Below, one piece after another: positions 41,820 to 53,222 of a stretch of 64,000 nt of DNA (its first letter is position 1; every line of letters begins with the position of its first letter). The notes beneath the pieces were generated by a model, which was given only the letters and a program-made list of their open reading frames with translations, was not told the DNA's origin and ran no database searches. The translations under genes were made by a program, and so were the position numbers. The stretch comes from Pecten maximus (Eukaryota), in the NCBI RefSeq assembly GCF_902652985.1, contig NC_047017.1, positions 31,620,001 to 31,684,000 of the forward strand, read 5' to 3'.

Positions 41820-43122
41820 TGATGGGAAAAGCATTCATTATCTAGGTGATGGGTAAAGCATTCATTATCTAGGTGATGGGTAAAGCATTCATTATCTAGG
41901 TGATGGGTAAAGCATTCATTATCTAGGTGATGGGAAAAGCATTCATTATCTAGGTGATGGGTAAAGCATTCATTATCTAGGTGATGGGTAAAGCATTCAT
42001 TATCTAGGTGATGGGTAAAGCATTCATTATCTAGGTGATGGGAAAAGCATTCATTATCTAGGTGATGGGTAAAGCATTCATTATCTATGTGATGGGTAAA
42101 GCATTCATTATCTAGGTGATGGGTAAAGCATTCATTATCTAGGTGATGGGTAAAGCATTCATTATCTATGTGATGGGTAAAGCATTCATTATCTAGGTGA
42201 TGGGTAAAGCATTCATTATCTAGGTGATGGGTAAAGCATTCATTATCTAGGTGATGGGAAAAGCATTCATTATCTAGGTGATGGGTAAAGCATTCATTAT
42301 CTAGGTGATGGGTAAAGCATTCATTATCTAGGTGATGGGTAAAGCATTCATTATCTAGGTGATGGGTAAAGCATTCATTATCTATGTGATGGGTAAAGCA
42401 TTCATTATCTAGGTGATGGGTAAAGCATTCATTATCTAGGTGATGGGAAAAGCATTCATTATCTAGGTGATGGGTAAAGCATTCATTATCTAGGTGATGG
42501 GAAAAGCATTCATTATCTAGGTGATGGGTAAAGCATTCATTATCTAGGTGATGGGAAAAGCATTCATTATCTAGGTGATGGGTAAAGCATTCATTATCTA
42601 GGTGATGGGTAAAGCATTCATTATCTAGGTGATGGGTAAAGCATTCATTATCTAGGTGATGGGTAAAGCATTCATTATCTAGGTGATGGGAAAAGCATTC
42701 ATTATCTAGGTGATGGGTAAAGCATTCATTATCTAGGTGATGGGAAAAGCATTCATTATCTAGGTGATGGGAAAAGCATTCATTATCTAGGTGATGGGTA
42801 AAGCATTCATTATCTAGGTGATGGGTAAAGCATTCATTATCTAGGTGATGGGTAAAGCATTCATTATCTAGGTGATGGGTAAAGCATTCATTATCTAGGT
42901 GATGGGTAAAGCATTCATTATCTAGGTGATGGGTAAAGCATTCATTATCTAGGTGATGGGAAAAGCATTCATTATCTAGGTGATGGGAAAAGCATTCATT
43001 ATCTAGGTGATGGGTAAAGCATTCATTATCTAGGTGATGGGTAAAGCATTCATTATCTAGGTGATGGGAAAAGTATTCATTATCTAGGTGATGGGAAAAG
43101 CATTCATTATCTAGGTGATGGG
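41820..43122. repeat. 27-bp minisatellite (about 48 units)
   Basis: Unit gatgggtaaagcattcattatctaggt. Confidence 0.97.
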
Positions 43123-43553
43123 TTTTAAAGCATTTTTTTCCCACTTGAAACGCCATGTTCTGTCTCCCAGCTCTCGATACTTGGTACCGGGTAATAACCA
43201 CGTTAATGGGACATGCAAATACCTAATAAACAACTAGGACTCATTGATTTATGCTTCAGTGTAACAAATCTTTAAAAAAAAAAAAAAAAAAGCTACAGTT
43301 TTTTTTTTAATTGGACAAAAGAAGTTCAAAGCCTTGATATCACTGGTTTTAAACTATGTGATGTGATTGTATCAGAATTTTTTTTTTTCATTATCTGATT
43401 GAACCTACACCTTGTTGAATGTTTTAATCTTTGATCATCATTATTTATTTGAGTACCTTACATGATGCTGGGAGAGTAGAATAAAGTGCCAACTGACATG
43501 TTATATCTGATAAGGTTTTGGATACTTACCTGCACAGATACTTACATTTGTCA

Positions 43554-43621
43554 CTACCATGGTAACGGTAACATTTTGTTATAGTTGCCTTGGTTACCTC
43601 CATGGTAACTGTCATGGTAAC
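43554..43621. promoter_or_regulatory. Cluster of RFX X-box-like motifs
   Basis: ctaccatggtaac, gttgccttggttac, ctccatggtaac and gtcatggtaac within about 70 bp. Confidence 0.4.
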
Positions 43622-45105
43622 CAGATATTCATTATGATGGTGAATGGTGATGTTAGAACCCAAAACCTATCATTGTAAAAAAGCCAACAAAAAAAAATTT
43701 TTTTGTTTCTTCTTAATTTAAACTGCTGCTTGATAATTTCGGCTGTCAGTTGATTTTGAAAGTAAAATGACCCTTCATCTAAATCCAATATACATGTAGT
43801 ACTAACTGGCCAGGAGGAACAGTCATGTTATCACAATGACGGTGGTTGACTTGATTTGTAGTACATATTTGATGATGGTATAATTTTTCCAATTAAGTGA
43901 ATTTGTGATAATTAAGATGTAAAATATTTACAGATTATGTTTAAGACTGTACTGTGATAGCAAGTAAATAACATGAATAAGGTGTTTTTTTATATTTCTC
44001 TGTATTACATCTATATTTTTGTATTACTTTTTGTAGACATGTATGATTATATCCTAATACCGGTAGTACGTCTGTTAGATGGTTTCACATCATATCAGGG
44101 TTGTGTAATTTTCACTTGCCTAACAAGCATGCTTTATGTTATGGTACTGAACACTTGAGTATTTATGGTATGAGGGACAGTGGGATAACACTATAATTGT
44201 ACACCCCTGCTTTATCAAACTCACTTAACCTGACATTTGTTTGATGTAATCTACTATTACTGATGGAGATTTGTTTAACATTCATAGACTCGCTCACAAC
44301 AGAAAACTAACTCTAGGTCTTGTAAGTAATAATTGTAAGATACAACTCATATCTCTCCATTGTTTTATGTTGTGTCATTCTAATGTATCTAACAAATATA
44401 CTTCATATATACTCCCTTCCTGTGTAGATCAAACTTTCTCTGATTTCTCTGTCTTATCTTCTATCAAAAGACAAATACAATTGTGTTTCTACATTGTGCC
44501 TGATGACATTAGTCCACCCGAGTCTGAATTCTCAAGCACAATTGCATAATCATGCAATTATGCTGTTAAAAAAGTATTTTCAAACAAAATTGTTTCATTT
44601 GTAGACTATGATGCAAGATAGGGTTGAGTTTATGAGAGAAGGTTTGATTTCATAGTTTGGTGAATGTACTAACAAATTGCTACATCTCAACCCAGTCATC
44701 TTTTCACTGTATTGTGCTTGACTCAGAGTTAAATTACCTGAAGACATATTAACATACCAAGACAGAAAAGCCTTATTCCAATGGAAAACTCTTTTGATTG
44801 TTTATTTGAAAAATTGGGTAATAACACATTTGGATACAAATCATAGTGTTGTTAAACATGTTTTATTATTAGTCTGGGTATAAATTTGGCGTGAAAGGCT
44901 ATAAGTTCCTCCTATGGTGGCAGCCAAATTAGAGCGTTACAAAATTTACCTTATAAATGTTCTTTTTTATTTTACCATCTTTTTATCAAGGGATTTTGTA
45001 ACAGATCAGTGTCAGCTTTTGTTTTTAAATTTCTGTTTGTATTTGTCATGGTTTTCCTCCTTACTGATCTGTTCTTTCTACCTGTGTTCTGTCCCCTCTT
45101 GTCAG

Positions 45106-45171
45106 CAGAAGGATGACTCTCTGAATGTGTATCGTGGCACTCACACAGTCCGGGTAATGGGCTCAGACCAG
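45106..45171 (+). CDS. 66-nt phase-0 exon (QKDDSLNVYRGTHTVRVMGSDQ)
   Basis: Long polypyrimidine tract, NAGNAG acceptor (cagcag), donor CAG|GTAAAC. Confidence 0.6.
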
Positions 45172-45835
45172 GTAAACTAAACCATGGTAACCAGGTGGGA
45201 CGCTCAGCATGTCAGCATGGCACTTTTCTGAAGGACACACTTTATGGACATTTTTGGAATCAAACATATTTTACGACATACTTGTGGAGTGTTATATTTG
45301 AGAAAAGATTATTCCTGTAAAACTCTGTGTAAAAGTCTTTGAAAAATCCTGTTAATTTTAATCCAGAATGAGATTTACCAGTATCATAAACTATCTTTCA
45401 TCTATTGAACTTGAAAGTTGCATGCATGTTTGATGTTTGGTGCCTGCATATGGCTATGAAATATTTTGTACTAATCATAACATTTATACATAAGGTATCA
45501 ATGCATTAATAATTATTTGAAAAATTGTAAAAAAAATTAATAACTAAAATGTTAATGCAGGGATTAAATGAGAAGTGAGTGCATGATACACAGCATTGAC
45601 CTGATACACTGAGCACACTGTACCTAGCCTACACACTTTCTATCTTACCAGAGAAATATGTTGTCAATCCAAAATTCTGTGATGTATTAGTTAAATATTC
45701 TACGCATTGGTGAGAAATAAGCCTGAAATATTTGTATGTTTAGTGCTGGGAAGTACATATGATCTGTACATCAGAAAATATCAAAATGTGAAGGTTGATA
45801 TCAAAATAATATAGCAATTTCTGATGTGTATTAAA

Positions 45836-47570
45836 TCCATATACTGACCCCCATATCGCACTGTCGATCATTATCACCACCTTATAGTATTAATTCTTGT
45901 ATCAGTCCATGTATACTTATATCCCCATATAACTCTTGATGGTCATTATCACCACCTTATAGTATTAATTCTTGTATTACTCCATGTATACATCCCCATA
46001 TCACACTGACGGTCATTATCACCACCTGGTATCACTCCATGTATACTGATCCCCATATCACACTGTCGATCGTCATCACCACCTTGTATCACTCCATGTA
46101 TACTGATCCCCATATCTCACTGTCGATCGTCATCACCACCTGGTATCACTCCATGTATACTGATCCCCATATCTCACTGACGATCATTATCACCACCTTG
46201 TATTACTCCATGTATACATCCCCATATAACTCTGACGGTCATTATCACCACCTTATAGTATTAATTCTTGTATTACTCCATGTATACACCCCCATATCAC
46301 ACTGTCGATCGTTATCACCACCTTGTATCACTCCATGTATACTGATCCCCATATCTCACTGTCGATCGTCATCACCACCTTGTATCACTCCATGTATACT
46401 GATCCCCATATCTCACTGTCGATCATTATCACCACCTTGTAACACTCCATGTATACTGATCCCCATATCTCACTGACGATCATATCACCACCTTGTATCA
46501 CTCCATGTATACATCCCCATATCTCACTGTCGATCGTTATCACCACCTTGTATTACTCCATGTATACTGATCCCCATATCTCACTGTCGATCATTATCAC
46601 CACCTGGTATCACTCCATGTATACTGATCCCCATATCACACTGTCGATCATTATCACCACCTTGTATCACTCCATGTATACTGATCCCCATATCTCACTG
46701 TCGATTGTTATCACCACCTTGTATCACTCCATGTATACTGATCCCCATATCACACTGTCGATCATTATCACCACCTTGTATTACTCCATGTATACTGATT
46801 CCCATATCTCACTGTCGATCATTATCACCACCTTGTATCACTCCATGTATACTGATCCCCATATCTCACTGTCGATTGTTATCACCACCTTGTATCACTC
46901 CATGTATACTGATCCCCATATCTCACTGTCGATCGTTATCACCACCTGGTATCACTCCATGTATACATCCCCATATCTCACTGTCGATCGTTATCACCAC
47001 CTGGTATCACTCCATGTATACATCCCCATATCTCACTGTCGATCGTTATCACCACCTTGTATCACTCCATATATACTGACCCCCATATCTCACTGTCGAT
47101 TGTCATCACCACCTTGTATCACTCCATGTATACTGATCCCCATATCACACTGTCGATCATTATCACCACCTTGTATCACTCCATGTATACTGATCCCCAT
47201 ATCTCACTGTCGATCATTATCACCACCTTGTATCACTCCATGTATACATCCCCATATCTCACTGTCGATCATTATCACCACCTTGTATCACTCCATGTAT
47301 ACATCCCCATATCTCACTGTCGATCGTCATCACCACCTTGTATCACTCCATGTATACATCCCCATATCTCACTGTCGATCATTATCACCACCTGGTATCA
47401 CTCCATGTATACATCCCCATATCACACTGTCGATCATTATCACCACCTGGTATCACTCCATGTATACTGATCCCCATATCTCACTGTCGATCATTATCAC
47501 CACCTTGTATCACTCCATGTATACTGATCCCCATATCTCACTGTCGATCATTATCACCACCTTATAGTTA
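45836..47570. repeat. 57/55-bp minisatellite (about 30 units)
   Basis: Unit ccatgtatactgatccccatatctcactgtcgatcattatcaccaccttgtatcact. Confidence 0.97.
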
Positions 47571-48012
47571 TAATTCTCATTGAATTATCACCTCTAAATA
47601 TGGGCCTATTAAGTTTTATGTCATTTAATGCCTAAATCTTACCTAATTACTAACTTGTGGGGAGATGTGTTTCTTCTTCAAAAGTTTGTAATATATTATT
47701 TTGAATGTTGAAGAAGAAAATAAGGATATCTTAAGATCTTAAAATCTATTTTCTGGTGAATTCTATGCTTTTAGATATCTGCTTTAGCATTAAGAAATAA
47801 ACAGTATTTAAGGTGTCTGATTGCATGATCTTGATTGCATGCTGTTGATGACAAACAGTTAATCTATAGTCCATGAAGTGATGTACATATATATCAGTTA
47901 AATATATTTGTTTATTACAATGAAAGCATGATTTGACCAGGCGTGGATCACCACCGCTCCTATCGTGATTTTTGTACCTTCAGTAGTTTGAACCATCAAT
48001 GAATGTCATCAT

Positions 48013-49280
48013 AGTCTCTCTACTGTAACACTTGTTTATATGTGATACCATGGTGTCACCTTGTCAGTCTACTGTAACACTTGTTTATATGTGATACCAT
48101 GGTGTCACCTCGTCAGTCTCTCTACTGTAACACTTGTTTATATGTGATACCATGGTGTCACCTCGTCAGTCTCTCTACTGTAACACTTGTTTATATGTGA
48201 TACCATGGTGTCACCTCGTCAGTCTCCCTACTGTAACACTTGTTTATATGTGATACCATGGTGTCACCTCGTCAGTCTCTCTACTGTAACACTTGTTTAT
48301 ATGTGATACCATGGTGTCACCTCGTCAGTCTCCCTACTGTAACACTTGTTTATATGTGATACCATGGTGACACCTCGTCAGTCTCTCTACTGTAACACTT
48401 GTTTATATGTGATACCATGTTGTCACCTCGTCAGTCTCTCTACTGTAACACTTGTTTATATGTGATACCATGGTGACACCTCGTCAGTCTCTCTACTGTA
48501 ACACATGTTTATATGTAATACCATGGTGTCACCTCGTCAGTCTCTCTACTGTAACACTTGTTTATATGTGATACCATGGTGTCACCTCGTCAGTCTCTAC
48601 TGTAACACTTGTTTATATGTGATACCATGGTGTCACCTCGTCAGTCTCCCTACTGTAACACTTGTTTATATGTGATACCATGGTGTCACCTCGTCAGTCT
48701 CTCTACTGTAACACTTGTTTATATGTGATACCATGGTGTCACCTCGTCAGTCTCTCTACTGTTACACTTGTTTATATGTGATACCATGGTGTCACCTCGT
48801 CAGTCTCTCTACTGTAACACTTGTTTATATGTGATACCATGGTGTCACCTCGTCAGTCTCTCTACTGTAACACTTGTTTATATGTGATACCATGGTGTCA
48901 CCTCGTCAGTCTCTCTACTGTAACACTTGTTTATATGTGATACCATGGTGTCACCTCGTCAGTCTCCCTACTGTAACACTTGTTTATATGTGATACCATG
49001 GTGTACACCTCGTCAGTCTCTCTACTGTAACACTTGTTTATATGTGATACCATGGTGTCACCTCGTCAGTCTCTCTACTGTAACACTTGTTTATATGTGA
49101 TACCATGGTGTCACCTCGTCAGTCTCTCTACTGTAACACTTGTTTATATGTGATACCATGGTGTCACCTCGTCAGTCTCTCTACTGTAACACTTGTTTAT
49201 ATGTTATACCATGGTGTCACCTCGTCAGTCTCTCTACTGTAGCGCTTGTTTATAAGTGTACTATGATGTCAGATCGTCAG
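48013..49280. repeat. 53-bp minisatellite (about 23 units) with an internal 18-bp imperfect palindrome
   Basis: Unit gtctctctactgtaacacttgtttatatgtgataccatggtgtcacctcgtca. Confidence 0.97.
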
Positions 49281-49727
49281 TCAAGCTTTGAAACTCACTT
49301 TTTATATTAGTATGAACTTGAATAATTTATATTTGCTATTCGTTTCAGCATTAAATTTTGAAATTGCGTGTGATCATAGCAATGACTTGAACACAGAACA
49401 TTTTAGTGTTACATGTATAATTAATAGATGGATCATCTTTATGATGAGAGCAACATATTTTTCATGCAGAAATAAAAAAATTAAGGGAGATGTTCTGTGT
49501 TTGCCTTGTTACAGCTAGAAAGTTGTTGAAAATAGAATGTTTTGTTGATAGCAAGTAAAATTCTGGTGAAGTGATGCATGATATTAATGAATATGCAAAT
49601 ATTTATCTGACAAGGTCACTCAGCATTTTCTGTTTGGAATATATGAGATACAGGGCTCCTCTCAGTGTAACTAATTTGTCCTTACATTTCAATTTGATCT
49701 TTTAATGCTGCTGGGATGTCCTTGTAG

Positions 49728-51299
49728 CCGGAATCAAAAGGTCTTCGATCAAATCCATGTAATGAGCAGTTGGTTGGGTTTGATGTTTTGCCTCCTATCA
49801 TGTCTAACAGTGTCCGTATACAGATGTATATAGGAGTAGCCAAACATCAATCCAATCATCAGAATCATAGAAAAAAACTGCCAAAGCATAGAAATTTAGA
49901 TAGATCAAGGTATGGCAGGTTCCTTCATACTGATTCCACGAGGAGTGTGGTGAGTACTGACCCTGTGGGGAAGGTAGAAAGTTCTAAACCAGGCCCTGTG
50001 GGGAAGGCAGAAAATTCTAAACCAGGCCCTTTGTGGAAGGTAGAAAGTTCTAAACCTGACCCTGTGGGGAAGGTAGAAAATTCTAAACCTGGCCCTGTGG
50101 GGAAGGTAGAAAGTTCTAAACGAGGCCCTGTGGGGAAGGTAGAAAGTTCTAAACCAGGCCCTGTGGGGAAGGTAGAAAGTTCTAAACCTGGCCCTGTGGG
50201 GAAGGTAGAAAGTTCTAAACCTGGCCCTGTGGGGAAGGTAGAAAGTTCTAAACTTGACCCTGTGGGGAAGGTAGAAAGTTCTAAACCTGGCTCTGTGGGG
50301 GAGGTAGAAAGTTCTAAACCAGGCCCTGTGGGGAAGGAAGAAAGTTCTAAACCAGGCCCTGTGGGGAAGCTAGAAAATTCTAAACCAGGCTCTGTGGGGA
50401 AGGTAGAAAGCATTCAACCCTCTTCTGTAGGGAAGGCAGCGAGTACTCAACCTGGATCGTTGGGAAAGACAGAAAGTACTCGAACCAGCCGATTGGGAAA
50501 GGTAGAAAGTACTGAATCCGGCCCTGTTGGGAAGGTAGAAAGTACTCAACCTGTTCTGATAGGAAAGAAAAAGGACTTTATCCTCCGTACGAAAGGGAAG
50601 ACTGAAAACCATTATGTCACACCCACAGATCACAGCATCGAAACACAAATTGCCAAACTAAAACAGGTGAAGGATAATTGTTTAAACCATAACCCAGTTT
50701 TACCTGCCATAGGTTCTTATTTTTCAGTAGATTTACATAGAGATTCTTTACCTGTACAAATAGACTCAAAAGGTGAAAATGCAAATTTAACTGATGAGTA
50801 TGAAAGTACAAAAATCTTAGATGATGAAGTTAGTGGTTCAGTACACTTGTCTCAAGTAGTGACTGGTGAAGGAGATGACATGGGTAACAATAGACCTGGG
50901 AACTCAGCACTCTCCCTGGTGGGGAGTAGTGATGATGGGGAAGGGTTTACAATCGGGGTATCTATAAGGGGCATTGATGTAGATAGAAATGAATACACTC
51001 AAGTCCGGAGCAGTGATCAGAACTTTCCAGAACAGCTTCGGAAGGACGAAGAATCTTCAAAGATAGTCACAATCACAACAGATTTGTCTACTGCTCATAT
51101 GGACAGACAATACTCTTCTGGGGGACCCAAGAACTCTAGACAACCAATGAGAATGGATTCGGGTAATGATTACCCGCCAGTAAGCAACAACCTCAATCTG
51201 AAGAAAGGATATCGAAGCTCAGATAACAGCCTGTCCTCCTCTGTGGGGAAATTGTCGTCCCTGACAAGATCAGAGGGCAGTTTGGATGGCTCAGACAAG
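49728..51299 (+). CDS. 1572-nt exon encoding a disordered region with 11-aa GKVESSKPGPV repeats
   Basis: Acceptor ccttgtag in frame with ORF 49770-51389; about 18 copies of a 33-bp coding repeat (about 49960-50550); candidate GC donor AAG|GCAAGC at 51299/51300, after which the ORF becomes intron-like and hydrophobic. Confidence 0.75.
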
Positions 51300-53222
51300 G
51301 CAAGCTCCTGCGTATATCTTCATGTGTTGGTATTGTGTGCTACTGTGTCTGTCTACCTCTCCTGTTATACCTCTCCTTGTCAAATATAACAGCTCACAAA
51401 AATTACAGTTATAGTGTTAGATAATATTGCATGAAAATTTCTTGTTACCATCAGTACTTAAAAAATGTTCAAATAGTTTTCTGTGAAGCATATGTTGAAT
51501 CAGGGATGTATTTAGTCTATGTTTGTCCCTGGTTCAATACCTATAATGCCATTTTAAGGTTTGTGAGACACAAGGAGGAGTAGTAACTGGAGATACTGGT
51601 GATGAGTGTGTACTTGATTTGCTGTTGTTTATGAAACCATTTCCTTACCACTTCATGTAAGATGTAACAAACTTTGTGAAAGTGAGGCAGATTCAGCTAG
51701 ATATTGCTTGAATATCTTGAGAGCTTGAAGCATAATATGATTCAGCTGATTTTGATAACATCAGAGTTGTATGTATCGGACTAAAATACAAAAAACACTT
51801 GACCTTTGTTTGCCTTGTCATATTAGTGTTGTTTTTTTGTAGCTTGTATTGCACAAATGGTTTGTACATAGATCTGTGTTCCTTAAATTTCTACTATAAA
51901 AGCAAAACAATTAAATGCATCAATTTAATAATATTGTAATTGAATTAAAAATTGAAAAAGTTTAAGTGATGGTCTGCACACAGTATTTTTTCATGAAATT
52001 TGTTTGTTTTAAAGACCTTTCTGTTTTCACTCTCCAGTTCTATGGCACATTTTTCTGTTCTGATAAGTTCTATTTCCATTCTGTCCAGGTCAGGTAGATC
52101 GCCCCCTACAATACATGTCACCCTTCCATCATCACATCTTCCGGGTTTGGTGAAACAGCACAAGCATATCACTTATTCTCCATAATTAAAAAACAAAACA
52201 AAACTTTAGAATGTTTAACTTTGATAAATGCTGATTTCCGTGAACCTTAATGCAAATTTTGTAGTACAGTATTAAGAGTTATGATAAAATATGATATTTA
52301 TGATATTTTGCTGAATCTCCTACAACTACTACAGCCTTGTATTTTTGTGCATGCTTTTGAATTAATGTTGTTGTAAACTTTGAACCGATTGTACTGTTGT
52401 AAAATGTTGTTTGATTTTTACTTTTCTATAGTTGTTGTTATTTTGTTGTTGTGAATTAAGTGTTTGTAGACAATTACAACATATGGACAAGTGTTGTCCA
52501 TTCCAGTGAGTATAAAAAATATACATGTGTTTTCAACTTTAAATATGCCTTAATCTGTATTCAAGCAGAACTGTTGTTGTATATTTTTCCCAGGAGCTTC
52601 TCAATATGTAATTGTACAATATTCACATTTTCTTTTTCAAATATTGATATAACATTTCTGAAAGGTAGTCATGTTGCTATAATTCTCATTGAGTTATATG
52701 TGTGGTCCAGTGGACACCTCAATACCACAAATCAAATTCTGGACTGCATGAATTCATGTTTTTTCCATATAAACTTTGAAATGATATAATGATAGTCAGG
52801 AACATCTAACAATAACTGGGTTTGATATTAGTAAGTTACTTACAGAATGGTGTGACTTACGTGATGTGTTCGAGTGATCTTTCTGGTTTTTGTGTGCAGG
52901 ACAATCAAGTGCTTTTTGCGTTTGATGGAGTTCATGTCATTCATTAAATAAAATTTGTTTGACATTTGAAAACATGAAAACAAAACAAAACAAAAAAACA
53001 ATCATATATCTAGTATGTTCTAGCTATAGTGCAATTACACACTTATCTAATAATGCTGTTTTGAAAGATTAAAAAGTGATAATGATTGATTCACATTGAT
53101 TATAAATTTTTCTATTTGTCTTCTAGTTTAAATTAAAGAAAATGACCTTGGTTACGTTTTGTACGGTAACAAAGAACACAGTACTGTGGAATTTATGCTA
53201 TTTCTAATTTCCATTAACACAG

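Noticed and set aside
41807-43201. 464-aa HHLDNECFT repeat ORF
   Set aside because: It is the stop-free frame of a 27-bp minisatellite, with a GTG start and no unique coding flanks or splice context
46039-47583. Overlapping long ORFs (MYTDPHISLSIIITTLYHS)n
   Set aside because: They derive from a 57-bp minisatellite open in several frames, with frequent 2-nt indels that shift frame
49925-50811. Minus-strand ORFs (also 40515-41072)
   Set aside because: Antisense shadows of real plus-strand coding exons
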